64,000 nt of DNA from NCBI GenBank assembly GCA_964410185.1, contig CAYPFM010000001.1, positions 144,860 through 208,859 on the forward strand, read 5' to 3'. Shown here one piece after another: positions 8,671-16,681 of the stretch; the stretch's first letter is position 1; every line of letters begins with the position of its first letter. A model generated the notes under the pieces. The model ran no database searches and had not been told where the DNA came from. It saw only the letters and a program-made list of their open reading frames with translations. Position numbers and translations under genes: made by a program. Origin of the DNA: an uncultured Candidatus Saccharibacteria bacterium (GTDB lineage Bacteria > Patescibacteriota > Saccharimonadia > Saccharimonadales > JAUPVS01).

Positions 8671-9514
8671 GCGCTTGGCGAATATGCTCAACGCTTTCGG
8701 CTGGACGATAGTCATCGAACCACATCACGTGCCAGCCCATTTTTTCGGCCGCCATCAGATTGGTTCGGCTATCATCAACAAATAAAATCTGCTCCACGGG
8801 CACGTTGGCCTGGACCTGCGCTATCTGATAAATCGAGGCTTCGGGCTTGATCGCTTTGACGACCGATGAGTCCACAACAGAGTCGTAGGGAAGGGTAGGG
8901 ATCTTGCCAGCCGTTTGGAGCGCTTCAATTAAGCCCGGCATAATATTACTAAGCAAGCCAATCTTGTAGTGCTCGGCTGCCCAGGGGAGGAAGGTCTGCA
9001 TCTCACTAATTGGCTCAACGGCGTCCAAGTAGTAGCTCTGCCAATCGATTGATGGCACGTTGAGCCGCTTGGCAAAGGCGGCGTTAAATTCGGCCAGGGT
9101 CATGTCTCCCCGACAGACCTCATCGTTATAGTGCCAAAAGGTTGTTTCAATCTGGTCAACTGGCACCCCTGTTTCGTGAGCCAGCCGACTAAAGGCTTGG
9201 TGGAAGAAGCGCACCAGACAGCCGTTGATGTCAAAGTAGACAAAACTAATGCCCGATTTAGAGACCTTTTTAGCGGGCTTTGGCTTAGGGGTGCTCCCGG
9301 AGCCGATAAGTTCATCCAAAGATAGCCCCACGGTGTCTGCGATGCTCTGAATCGTAAAGATAGATGGAGCCTTAATGGCACCACGCTCGATTTTGGCTAA
9401 GGTCGAATAAGCTAGGTGTGCTTTTTGGCAAAGCTCTTGCTGCGTTAAACCGGCCGCCTTGCGCGCGGCTTGCAGGCGTAAGCCCAGACTTTTTTCGTCC
9501 ACCCCAATACTCAT
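8657..9514 (-). CDS. Fusion protein: N-terminal XRE-family HTH domain plus C-terminal HAD-superfamily hydrolase domain
   Basis: The N-terminus LGLRLQAARKAAGLTQQELCQKAHLAYSTLAKIERG is a Cro/C1-type HTH. The C-terminal half has HAD motifs: FVYFDINGCLV (motif I DxN variant) and LFVDDSRTNLMAAEKMGW (motif IV). Confidence 0.75.
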   Translation of the reverse strand: MSIGVDEKSLGLRLQAARKAAGLTQQELCQKAHLAYSTLAKIERGAIKAPSIFTIQSIADTVGLSLDELIGSGSTPKPKPAKKVSKSGISFVYFDINGCLVRFFHQAFSRLAHETGVPVDQIETTFWHYNDEVCRGDMTLAEFNAAFAKRLNVPSIDWQSYYLDAVEPISEMQTFLPWAAEHYKIGLLSNIMPGLIEALQTAGKIPTLPYDSVVDSSVVKAIKPEASIYQIAQVQANVPVEQILFVDDSRTNLMAAEKMGWHVMWFDDYRPAESVEHIRQALSFE

Positions 9515-9579
9515 ATACCCACATCATATCAGTTATTGGCTCAAAATGGCCAATAAATTGGTACTATGTGGCTAGTTAT

Positions 9580-9747
9580 TTACAGGAAGGACAGTGCTAA
9601 AAGATAGGTGACAAAGAACGCGCCAAGGCCAGATATAACCGACACAATAAGCGTTGACTTAACATTCCCGCCGGTGCTCCGGATAATCTTGGTATACACC
9701 CAGGTGGCGGCCCCAGTGCCCACGAAAAACGCGATAAGAAATTGCAT
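9580..9747 (-). CDS. Possible small membrane protein (55 aa), below the ORF-track cutoff
   Basis: My manual translation gives MQFLIAFFVGTGAATWVYTKIIRSTGGNVKSTLIVSVISGLGAFFVTYLLALSFL*, which has two hydrophobic helices and fills an otherwise empty gap. Confidence 0.35.
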   Translation of the reverse strand: MQFLIAFFVGTGAATWVYTKIIRSTGGNVKSTLIVSVISGLGAFFVTYLLALSFL

Positions 9748-9762
9748 AGCTCTATTATACCG

Positions 9763-10149
9763 CTAATTGGCAAGCTCTTGAGCCAGTTCGGTGAGCTTTG
9801 GCTCATCGACCACGCCGCCACTTACGCCATAGAACTCTTCGATAGTATCAAAAGCAATGACATGTATGTGGGCGTGGGGAACATCTAGCCCTACAACTTG
9901 AACACCAACGCGCTTGGTCTGGTAAATTTCTTTCATCTTGGCAGCTACCTTTTTAACGGTGGCCATCAAAGCTCGGTACTCGTCGTCCTCTAAATCAAAA
10001 AACTGATCAACTTGAAGCTTAGGGATCACTAAGACGTGCCCCTTAGCGATGGTTTCGAGCGGCACAATCACAATATTCAAGTCGTCTTCGTAGACGATAT
10101 GGGCGGGAATCTCCCGATTAATGATTTTGGTAAATACGCTATCTTGCAT
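9763..10149 (-). CDS. HIT-family nucleotide hydrolase/transferase
   Basis: Histidine triad HAHIHVI and an N-terminal FTKIINREIPA motif. I set the start at MQDSVF (10149) because the longer ORF runs into a tRNA gene. Confidence 0.85.
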   Translation of the reverse strand: MQDSVFTKIINREIPAHIVYEDDLNIVIVPLETIAKGHVLVIPKLQVDQFFDLEDDEYRALMATVKKVAAKMKEIYQTKRVGVQVVGLDVPHAHIHVIAFDTIEEFYGVSGGVVDEPKLTELAQELAN

Positions 10150-10170
10150 AGGGATATAGTAGCACTGAAT

Positions 10171-10261
10171 TGGCGGAAGGGGAGGGATTCGAACCCTCGG
10201 TACGGTTGCCCGCACACTTGTTTTCGAGACAAGCCAGTTCAACCACTCCTGCACCCTTCCG
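10171..10261 (-). tRNA. tRNA-Ser (anticodon CGA), class II with a long variable arm, CCA encoded
   Basis: The reverse complement is GGAAGGGTGCAGGAGTGGTTGAACTGGCTTGTCTCGAAAACAAG...GGTTCGAATCCCTCCCCTTCCGCCA. The anticodon loop is CTCGAAA and the acceptor stem pairs perfectly. Confidence 0.85.
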
Positions 10262-10312
10262 TCCCGACTATTTTAACAGATAGGGACGAGACTTTGATAT
10301 TATGGGGCTACG

Positions 10313-10801
10313 ATGCAAAACCAACCAGTACCTTTTAAAGCTTTCGGCAACTATAGCCTCGCAATGTGGCTGGGCGCACTGAGCAGCGCGGTTTGGATAC
10401 TCATCGCCGGCGGATTCATTGGCTGGTTTATCGTGGAGGTGCTCGACAGCCTGCTGCACCCCCACAAATATGCTGGTACGTTTGGTCCAGAGATAATTTT
10501 GATTTTTGCTATCCCGGCAGCAATAATGTGCAGCATCCAGGTTGCCCTGTTTGCAACAACCCTTGAACGGCACAGCATGCTACCCTACGTATTATCCGGA
10601 ATGTTATTACCACTCGAGGGGGCCATCCTACTCGACACTGTCTTAAAACAGTTCGGGGCACACCAAACCGCTCCCCAAACAAATCCTGCCGTTTTTTGGG
10701 GTAGCCTGGGCATACTCATACTCCTTAGTCTTATCTCGTTTGGGCGGGAAGGGCTTGCAATCCATAGACAGAACAAACAACTCCGACAAACTACACCTTA
10801 G
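10313..10801 (+). CDS. Hypothetical polytopic membrane protein (162 aa, about 4 TM)
   Basis: Four hydrophobic segments; no family recognised. Confidence 0.55.
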   Translation: MQNQPVPFKAFGNYSLAMWLGALSSAVWILIAGGFIGWFIVEVLDSLLHPHKYAGTFGPEIILIFAIPAAIMCSIQVALFATTLERHSMLPYVLSGMLLPLEGAILLDTVLKQFGAHQTAPQTNPAVFWGSLGILILLSLISFGREGLAIHRQNKQLRQTTP

Positions 10802-10854
10802 ACTAGTAATTACTGATTAATTATGGTAGGATTACCTCTGTTGCTTTACGGTTT

Positions 10855-10931
10855 GTGCCCGTAGCTCAGCTGGATAGAGCGTCGGCTTGCGGAGCCGAAG
10901 GTCGTAGGTTCGAATCCTGTCGGGCACACCA
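10855..10931 (+). tRNA. tRNA-Arg (anticodon GCG), CCA encoded
   Basis: GTGCCCG TA GCTC AGCTGGATA GAGC G TCGGC TTGCGGA GCCGA AGGTC GTAGG TTCGAAT CCTGT CGGGCAC A CCA folds as a cloverleaf. The loop TTGCGGA gives anticodon GCG. Confidence 0.85.
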
Positions 10932-10939
10932 ATAAAAAC

Positions 10940-10964
10940 GCCTCACACTTGTGGGGCTTTTTTA
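10940..10964 (+). terminator. Rho-independent terminator after tRNA-Arg
   Basis: A 7-bp stem GCCTCAC/GTGGGGC with loop ACTT, followed by TTTTTT. Confidence 0.6.
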
Positions 10965-10975
10965 TTGGTCAGTCG

Positions 10976-11093
10976 GAATGAATGAGAGCCGTAGCGCGTA
11001 GCGCAGGTTCGACGGCAAGGTGCACGCGCAGAAGTTTACTTCGAGCATGTGCCGCAGACGGTAGCGCAGCGTTCATCCTGTCGGGCACACCAA
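10976..11093 (+). repeat. tRNA-linked repeat, copy A: T-loop-like GGTTCGA, conserved hairpin (11019..11053), then an exact 19-nt copy of the tRNA-Arg 3' end
   Basis: 11075..11093 (ATCCTGTCGGGCACACCAA) is identical to 10914..10932. The core is about 75 percent identical to 13171..13252, including the exact 15-mer GAGCATGTGCCGCAG. Confidence 0.6.
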
Positions 11094-11149
11094 AGTATTA
11101 CTGAAAGATCTCTCTGGAGGTCTTTTTTGTTTGTTATACTTACGGCAAT

Positions 11150-11755
11150 ATGAAAACTGCTTTTGTTATTGCCGGGTTTAATATGAACCAGAGTGCCGCA
11201 GACCCAAAGTACGAAGAGCTTCGGCAAGCTATAGAAGCAAGGGGCTACAAGGTCATTGCTTCGCCTTTGCACTGGAATAAAAAAACTGTGTCCGAGTACA
11301 CAAAAGAATTTATAGACTTCTATAAAAGTAATAAGGGCGACGAAGGGAACATTGTTATCGGAAATTCGTTCGGCGCAATGGTGGCTTTTCTTTCAGCTCC
11401 GATTATTAAGCCAGACAGGGTTTTGGTTTGTTCATTATCTGCCTACTTCAAAGAGGACATGCACAAACAAAAGCAAAATTACATGGTGCGTAGATTTGGT
11501 AAAAGGCGTACTGCCGACTCTCATATCATCTCAGCAGATGAAACCGCGAAGAAGATTAATGGTGCGCGTGTACCCATAACGTTCATGAGGGGCGAAAAAG
11601 AAAACTGGGGGCGATTCATCAAATTAAGTGAGCGTGTAGAACAGAGTGCAAAGGCCGTAGAAGGAAGCAGACTCGTCATAGTACCTGATTGCCCCCACTC
11701 TTTTCGTACCCCCGAATATATTAAGGGAATATCGGCCGAGCTTGACAAGTTCTAA
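11150..11755 (+). CDS. Alpha/beta-fold hydrolase (201 aa)
   Basis: Nucleophile elbow GNSFG within IVIGNSFGAMVAF, plus a C-terminal PDCPHSF that could supply the catalytic His. Confidence 0.7.
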   Translation: MKTAFVIAGFNMNQSAADPKYEELRQAIEARGYKVIASPLHWNKKTVSEYTKEFIDFYKSNKGDEGNIVIGNSFGAMVAFLSAPIIKPDRVLVCSLSAYFKEDMHKQKQNYMVRRFGKRRTADSHIISADETAKKINGARVPITFMRGEKENWGRFIKLSERVEQSAKAVEGSRLVIVPDCPHSFRTPEYIKGISAELDKF

Positions 11756-11812
11756 CCTCAACCAGCATGTCACAACCAAACAAGGACCCCACTTGACTGG
11801 GGTTTGCGCTGT

Positions 11813-12208
11813 TTAGGCCTGGTTTTCTCTGTGCTTGTTGAGGGTTTTCTTAAATATGACCAGTGGCAAGACAAGGCCGGCGATAAGTGCACCCAGCCAT
11901 ACAATCAGCGTTGCCAGCACCCAAGTGCTGAGACCACTAATTGTCAGACCATCCGAGAAAATATCGGTAATGATTAGCCCTACCAGGGTCGTAACCAGTG
12001 CGATGCCTCCGACCAGGGCGGGCAGATTCTTAAGAGCTATTTTGATAATCAAAGGGCCAGCCACTACTTCGGTAATAGTGAAGATCAATACGGCCGTAAC
12101 AAAGGCGACGCCATTAATCGAAAAACCCGGTAACACGGCCGCGGCCACCAGCAAACCAGCTGTGTTAGCGAGTAGATGGAGGACGGCACTGGCTAATAAT
12201 CGAATCAT
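11813..12208 (-). CDS. Four-TM membrane protein resembling holin superfamily IV (PF04020-like)
   Basis: 131 aa, four TM helices. The N-terminus MIRLLASAVLHLLANTAGLLVAAAVLPGFSINGV resembles that family from memory. Needs an HMM check. Confidence 0.45.
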   Translation of the reverse strand: MIRLLASAVLHLLANTAGLLVAAAVLPGFSINGVAFVTAVLIFTITEVVAGPLIIKIALKNLPALVGGIALVTTLVGLIITDIFSDGLTISGLSTWVLATLIVWLGALIAGLVLPLVIFKKTLNKHRENQA

Positions 12209-12247
12209 TTTTAACCCCTCATTTATATGCGCAGTATAGCAGAATAA

Positions 12248-12853
12248 TTAGAAACGAACTTTGTGCAGCAAGCGGTCAACCGCATCTTTTTGACGGTCTT
12301 CGTAGGGCAGGCGTGCGCCCAAAACACCGACAATAATATCCTCGTCGGAGGGTTCGTAGTAAATGCTCAGTGGCGGCATGAACCGTTTCATCGGCAGGAG
12401 GCCAATTGAGCTGACGGCACCCTCATCCACAACCGAAAATGACTTAAAGTCTGCGTACGAGTACGACTTTTCGCCAATATGAATCCCGCTGGCATCCATG
12501 CGATAGGTTAGTGTGCGCGGTTTTCGGCCGGCGATTACCCCAAGCAATACTGCGACAATCAAAACGACAACGACTGAAACAAGATCTTTCGTTAACAGAT
12601 ACAGCGCGCCAGAAAAAACCAAGGCGCCAAGGCCCAAAAGCCAGTACCAAGTTTTATTTTTTTGATGAGCGATAAACTCTGAGGCGGTCCATTCGACGGT
12701 TGCTTCACCCTTGGGTTGTTCGGGCGGGTCGGCAGGATCAGCTTGCTCCTGATTGTACTGCCAGGCAGCAGGTGGTTGCGGAGAATTAGGGGACTCGGGT
12801 TGCATAAGCGTATTGTACACGGTTTGGGGCCACAAAGAAATTGCCGCTGCCAC
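12248..12853 (-). CDS. Membrane protein: Pro-rich N-terminus, TM hairpin, C-terminal PH-like domain (YdbS/bPH_2-like guess)
   Basis: The architecture resembles bacterial PH-domain membrane proteins. An alternative start is MQPESP at 12805. Confidence 0.5.
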   Translation of the reverse strand: MAAAISLWPQTVYNTLMQPESPNSPQPPAAWQYNQEQADPADPPEQPKGEATVEWTASEFIAHQKNKTWYWLLGLGALVFSGALYLLTKDLVSVVVVLIVAVLLGVIAGRKPRTLTYRMDASGIHIGEKSYSYADFKSFSVVDEGAVSSIGLLPMKRFMPPLSIYYEPSDEDIIVGVLGARLPYEDRQKDAVDRLLHKVRF

Positions 12854-12873
12854 TGTAAAAGTACTGCTCTCTC

Positions 12874-12882
12874 TGGTATAAT
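12874..12882 (+). promoter_or_regulatory. Extended -10 promoter element (TGgTATAAT) upstream of the tRNA-Ser pair
   Basis: TGGTATAAT at 12874..12882, about 40 nt upstream of the tRNA-Ser(GCT) 5' end. Confidence 0.45.
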
Positions 12883-12922
12883 CTCCCTGTTCAGCTCTTT
12901 AGTCGCGTGCGACTTTTGACGC

Positions 12923-13015
12923 GGAGGGGTACCCAAGTGGCTTAAGGGGACGGTTTGCTAAATCGTTAGTGGGGAGCAATCTCCAGCGAGGGTTCGAATC
13001 CCTCCTCCTCCGCCA
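12923..13015 (+). tRNA. tRNA-Ser (anticodon GCT), class II, CCA encoded
   Basis: GGAGGGGTACCCAAGTGG...ACGGT TTGCTAA ATCGT plus a long variable arm, then GGTTCGAATCCCTCCTCCTCCGCCA. Confidence 0.85.
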
Positions 13016-13038
13016 ACTTTAGAACTGAACACATTTAT

Positions 13039-13128
<90 letters not shown>

Positions 13129-13130
13129 AA

Positions 13131-13164
13131 TTAAAAGACTACGTCGCAAGATGTAGTCTTTTAA
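13131..13164 (+). terminator. Hairpin terminator after tRNA-Ser(TGA)
   Basis: A 12-bp stem TTAAAAGACTAC/GTAGTCTTTTAA with a 10-nt loop, followed by a T-rich tract. Confidence 0.5.
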
Positions 13165-13170
13165 TTTGTT

Positions 13171-13268
13171 GAGTGAATGAGAACCCAACCGCGCAGCGGG
13201 GGTTCGATCGCCAGGCACACGCACAGGAACTTGTTCCGAGCATGTGCCGCAGGGAAACTTATCCCACC
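13171..13268 (+). repeat. tRNA-linked repeat, copy B: T-loop-like GGGTTCGATC, conserved hairpin (13214..13248), then a short ATCCCACC match to the tRNA-Ser(TGA) 3' region
   Basis: Same module order as copy A. The hairpin stems differ by compensatory changes (GGCACA/TGTGCC versus GGTGCA/TGTGCC; GGAAC/GTTCC versus GAAG/CTTC). Confidence 0.55.
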
Positions 13269-13948
13269 TACAACTTCTGCGCAAAAGTTACCGCCACAAC
13301 CACGCCAGCTCCCGCTTCCACACAAACCCTTGCTGCCGCCTCAATCGTCGCACCCGTGGTTAGCACATCATCGACTAGTAGTATTTGTTTGCCCGCCAGC
13401 CGTTCCGGCCGAGGGCAGTAGAAAGCCTGCTTCAGTTGCTCTCGCCGTTCGTGGCGGTTGGCACCAACTTGTCGAGTGTGGCCACGTCGCCGTAACAGGG
13501 GTTGGTAGGGAAGTTGTCTGCACCGGGCAAACTCGCGCGCGATCAACTGAGCCTGGTCGTAGCCTCGTTGGCGCACCCGTTGGGCGGCTGTTGGTATATG
13601 CACAACAATCGTTTCGACAGGGGTGGCCGGCAAGCGGGCGTCCATCACTTGCGCAATCACTCGCGCGGCCGCTTGGGTACGCGCAAACTTGAGTCGGCTA
13701 ATCAGCTGGGAAGCAACGCCTTCGTAACGAGCGGCCGTCCACACTCCTTGTAGTGGGGTTTTGGCACGGCAGATTACACAAACGGCGGAGTCACAGGCCC
13801 GCCGGCAACCAAAACAGTGAAATGGGGGCAAGGGGACCGCTCCAAGCCCGCAGTCATGGCAGAGCAAGCCGCCTTCGCGACGGCAGCCCAGACACTCAAA
13901 TGGGGCAAATACTTGTAAAATCTGGTCTAGCTTCCACATAATCGCCAT
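13268..13948 (-). CDS. comFC: ComF-family protein (ComFC-type phosphoribosyltransferase-fold competence protein)
   Basis: N-terminal Cys-rich zinc-finger pairs (CLGC...CHDC, CFGC...CVIC) and the C-terminal PRT motif ILLVDDVLTTGATI. Confidence 0.8.
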   Translation of the reverse strand: MAIMWKLDQILQVFAPFECLGCRREGGLLCHDCGLGAVPLPPFHCFGCRRACDSAVCVICRAKTPLQGVWTAARYEGVASQLISRLKFARTQAAARVIAQVMDARLPATPVETIVVHIPTAAQRVRQRGYDQAQLIAREFARCRQLPYQPLLRRRGHTRQVGANRHERREQLKQAFYCPRPERLAGKQILLVDDVLTTGATIEAAARVCVEAGAGVVVAVTFAQKL

Positions 13949-14119
13949 TATGTGCCGCTGATATTAAAAACCTATTAACAGAGGCCCTCTTGAGTGTTGT
14001 GTTTATTATGTTGTAAATCATGAACCCTAGACGTTGCACTATAAATATCGTCTAAGTTATACTGCTTACAAAGATAAAAATCTCAAACAGAATGTATTAA
14101 CCTGTACTTGGAGGGTAAA

Positions 14120-14608
14120 ATGGCGCGACGTAACCGCGATGACGATTTATTGATGGAAGATGAGTTAACGGCCGCCTTCTTGGGCGACGACGATCTCCCA
14201 ACAAGCGACAGCGCACCTGCCGCTGCCGATCCCGCTGCCGCACAAGCACCGGCTAACGATGAGTGGGACGAAGACGAGGCTGTTCCAGGCCAATTGGCTG
14301 TAGACGTCTACGAAACCACCGAGAAATTGGTTGTAAAGGCCCGTACTGCTGGTGTTAACAAGAATGAACTTGATGTCAGTATCTCTGACAATACACTGAG
14401 TATCCACGGCACACTATCAGCTGGCAACGAAGAAGAAGTTGAAAACTACTTTGTCCAAGAGTGCTACTGGGGCGAATTCTCTCGCAGCATTGCTTTGCCA
14501 GTTCCTGTTAAGGAAGACGAAGTGGAAGCCTTGCTCAAGGACGGCGTTCTGACAATTAGCTTTAAGAAGCTCAAGCAAGACACCGTCAAAAAGATTCAAG
14601 TCCTCTAG
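14120..14608 (+). CDS. Small heat-shock protein, Hsp20/alpha-crystallin family, with an acidic N-terminal extension
   Basis: The alpha-crystallin domain runs LAVDVYETTEKLVVKARTAGVNKNELDVSISDNTLSIHG...FSRSIALPVPV...GVLTISF. GGAGGG Shine-Dalgarno before the ATG at 14120. Confidence 0.85.
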   Translation: MARRNRDDDLLMEDELTAAFLGDDDLPTSDSAPAAADPAAAQAPANDEWDEDEAVPGQLAVDVYETTEKLVVKARTAGVNKNELDVSISDNTLSIHGTLSAGNEEEVENYFVQECYWGEFSRSIALPVPVKEDEVEALLKDGVLTISFKKLKQDTVKKIQVL

Positions 14609-14627
14609 CCAGTAGGCGATAGGCAAT

Positions 14628-14659
14628 AAAAAAACCACCGTTCGCGCGGTGGTTTTTTT
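14628..14659. terminator. Bidirectional rho-independent terminator between convergent hsp20 and the pilin-like operon
   Basis: AAAAAAA-CCACCG-ttcgcg-CGGTGG-TTTTTTT: a 6-bp GC-rich stem flanked by A-run and T-run. Confidence 0.7.
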
Positions 14660-14676
14660 GTGGAGCAGTTCAGATA

Positions 14677-15093
14677 TTACTGAGTGCCACCGAGCTTGGT
14701 CAGTACGAACTTGACGACGAACTGTGCCAAGGCGACAATAACCAAACCGATAACAGCGTAGAGAATCGTGCTCTTAGCTGAAGAAACGTTACCAGAGTCA
14801 CCACCAGAGATAACATAGCGCATACCACCGATGATAATCATGATGACGGCAGCGACACCAACGATAATCGAGAAGATGTTAATAACCCAAGCAATGGTGT
14901 CGTTAACAGTTTTTTGTGTTTGTTCTGAGCTAATATCCTGACAAGAGCTACCAACTTGGAGGTTTGCTCCTTGGCAAAGACCGTTTTGCACAGAGGCGTC
15001 AGCAGCATAAACAGCGGCTGGTGCCAATACTGGTACTGCGACTAGAGCTGTGGCCATCAGGCCGGCGACGATTAGTTTGATTTTTTTGATCAT
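14677..15093 (-). CDS. T4SS pilin-like protein (VirB2/TrbC-like topology), paralog 1
   Basis: Signal peptide ending AVYA-AD, Cys pair CQGANLQVGSSC, then a TM hairpin with the family motif IIGGMRYVISGGDSGNVSSAKSTILYAVIGLVIV. Confidence 0.55.
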   Translation of the reverse strand: MIKKIKLIVAGLMATALVAVPVLAPAAVYAADASVQNGLCQGANLQVGSSCQDISSEQTQKTVNDTIAWVINIFSIIVGVAAVIMIIIGGMRYVISGGDSGNVSSAKSTILYAVIGLVIVALAQFVVKFVLTKLGGTQ

Positions 15094-15164
15094 GGATTTT
15101 ATGTACCTTTCTTAGTTCTTCTTTTGGTTATACCACAGTTTTCTCTCTAATGGCAAGCCTTTTA

Positions 15165-15569
15165 CTAGGGTAGATTCTTCAAAACAAACTGGACGATTAA
15201 CTGCGCCAACGCGGCAACAACCAAGCCAACTATGGCATACATGATGGTGCTCTTGGCTGAAGAAACGTTACCAGAATCGCCACCAGAGAGAACGTACCGA
15301 AGTCCGCCAACAATAATCATGATGACGGCAGCGACACCGACAATAATACTTAGGATACTGATTCCTTGCTTAATGGTGTCACCGACATTTGTCTGGCCAG
15401 GGGCGTTGGCGTCACATGAACCGCCACCAACCTGACTCAATCCGTCGCAAACAGCGCTTTTGGTGGCCGACTGTGATGCCGGAGCGGGATCTGCAGCCAT
15501 CACAAGTGCCGGCGTGGCCATAAACGCCACACTTAACAACGACATCAGAACAAACATGATTTTTTTCAT
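15165..15569 (-). CDS. T4SS pilin-like protein, paralog 2
   Basis: Signal peptide (LVMA-AD), Cys pair CDGLSQVGGGSC and motif IVGGLRYVLSGGDSGNVSSAKSTIMYAIVGLVV. Shares an identical 26-nt stretch with paralog 1. Confidence 0.55.
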   Translation of the reverse strand: MKKIMFVLMSLLSVAFMATPALVMAADPAPASQSATKSAVCDGLSQVGGGSCDANAPGQTNVGDTIKQGISILSIIVGVAAVIMIIVGGLRYVLSGGDSGNVSSAKSTIMYAIVGLVVAALAQLIVQFVLKNLP

Positions 15570-15582
15570 AGACTACCTTTCA

Positions 15583-15990
15583 TCATAATTTTTGAACCAC
15601 GAACACGATTATTCCTTGGGCTACAACCGCGACAGCCAGACCAACGACGGCGTACAAAATGGTTTCTTTGGCTTTGGAAACCTTGCCTGCGTCACCGGAC
15701 GAAATGATGAACTGAAGACCGGCGATAATGATAACCACCACCGCCACAATTCCAATCAGTAAGTCAATGAGTTGAATAGCTTTGACCAAAATACCGTTGT
15801 TGCCACCAACCGGATTTGAGGTGTTATCTTTATTTTTACAAACGGTTGAGGTGTTGGCGCGACTACCCGTTACGCATACCTCGTCGTAGAGACCGGCAGC
15901 CTGGGCGTGCCCGACCGATAGACCAGCACCCGTGAGAAGAGTAAACAGGAGGGCGACGGCGCTGAGTAGTAGTCCGAGGCGCATCATCAC
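15583..15990 (-). CDS. T4SS pilin-like protein, paralog 3
   Basis: Signal peptide (GHAQA-AG), Cys pair CVTGSRANTSTVC and motif IAGLQFIISSGDAGKVSKAKETILYAVVGLAV. Confidence 0.5.
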   Translation of the reverse strand: MMMRLGLLLSAVALLFTLLTGAGLSVGHAQAAGLYDEVCVTGSRANTSTVCKNKDNTSNPVGGNNGILVKAIQLIDLLIGIVAVVVIIIAGLQFIISSGDAGKVSKAKETILYAVVGLAVAVVAQGIIVFVVQKL

Positions 15991-16280
15991 CCAATTAACC
16001 TACTAATTACAAAGGTGACGATACTGTAACCCATAATGGCGATTACGAGTCCGATCACGGCGTACATGATGGCATCTTTGGCTTTGGCTGTCTTGCCTGG
16101 ATCACCCTGTGAAATAACATACTGGAAGGCAGCAATGGTAATAACAAGAACGGCTACGACACCGGCGATACCAAAAATAGCCTGCATAATCACGGTCACA
16201 AGATTACTATTTGCTTCCACCTTGGGGAGCGCTGATGGTTTGGGGAACATTTCTGTTGCCGCGAAAAGCTTGGTCATCAT
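15987..16280 (-). CDS. T4SS pilin-like protein, paralog 4 (short form, no obvious signal peptide or Cys pair)
   Basis: Motif IAAFQYVISQGDPGKTAKAKDAIMYAVIGLVI. There are 4-nt overlaps at both gene junctions (16277..16280 and 15987..15990). Confidence 0.5.
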   Translation of the reverse strand: MMTKLFAATEMFPKPSALPKVEANSNLVTVIMQAIFGIAGVVAVLVITIAAFQYVISQGDPGKTAKAKDAIMYAVIGLVIAIMGYSIVTFVISRLIG

Positions 16281-16681
16281 TTCTTTATTGTCCCGCCCAC
16301 AAAATTAACAACCAGAATGGCGATAATAACAATAATGACACCAATGAGTGCGTTCAGAATGGTGCTTTTAGCAGCCGAGGTACGATCTGGTTCGCCCTGA
16401 CTGGTCATGTACAAAAAACCACCATAGATAACATAGACAACCGCGACCATACCGCCAATCCGTAGCAGAATTTCAACGACTGCGAGAGCAATCGCCCAAA
16501 AGTCATTAATCGAGTGGATGACTGGAATACATTTTCCGGTGATTTCATCAGTTTGGCCCGGTAAAAATTCAAACCAGTGGGGAAGTCCTAAAAAGCTATT
16601 TGCGCCCTGAACTGGGTCGCAAGTGGTGGCGCCAAAGATGCGCGTCACTTGCGTGAGGCCGCTAAGAAGCATGTTGAACAT
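16277..16681 (-). CDS. T4SS pilin-like protein, paralog 5
   Basis: Cys pair (TTCDP...GKCIP) and motif IYGGFLYMTSQGEPDRTSAAKSTILNALIGVII. Confidence 0.5.
   Translation of the reverse strand: MFNMLLSGLTQVTRIFGATTCDPVQGANSFLGLPHWFEFLPGQTDEITGKCIPVIHSINDFWAIALAVVEILLRIGGMVAVVYVIYGGFLYMTSQGEPDRTSAAKSTILNALIGVIIVIIAILVVNFVGGTIKK

Noticed and set aside
9763-10254. The ORF-track version of the HIT gene has a 35-aa N-terminal extension (MQEWLNWLVSKTSVRATVPRVRIPPLPP...).
   Set aside because: The extension is the antisense-free translation of tRNA-Ser(CGA) at 10171..10261. The HIT domain starts cleanly at MQDSVFTKIINREIPA (10149).
10976-11093. The possibility that the tRNA-linked repeat is the SRP (4.5S) RNA. 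The string CATGTGCCGCAGGG resembles, from memory, the 3' strand of helix 5 in Bacillus scRNA.
   Set aside because: The hairpin lacks the GNAR tetraloop and the GGAAGCAGC-type symmetric-loop motif that define SRP RNA domain IV. There are also two diverged copies, each tied to a tRNA 3' end. Only an Infernal search could settle it.
11036-11272. The 78-aa minus-strand ORF overlapping repeat copy A and the start of the alpha/beta hydrolase gene.
   Set aside because: It has no motif, overlaps a better-supported plus-strand CDS and crosses the tRNA-like repeat. It is most likely non-coding.
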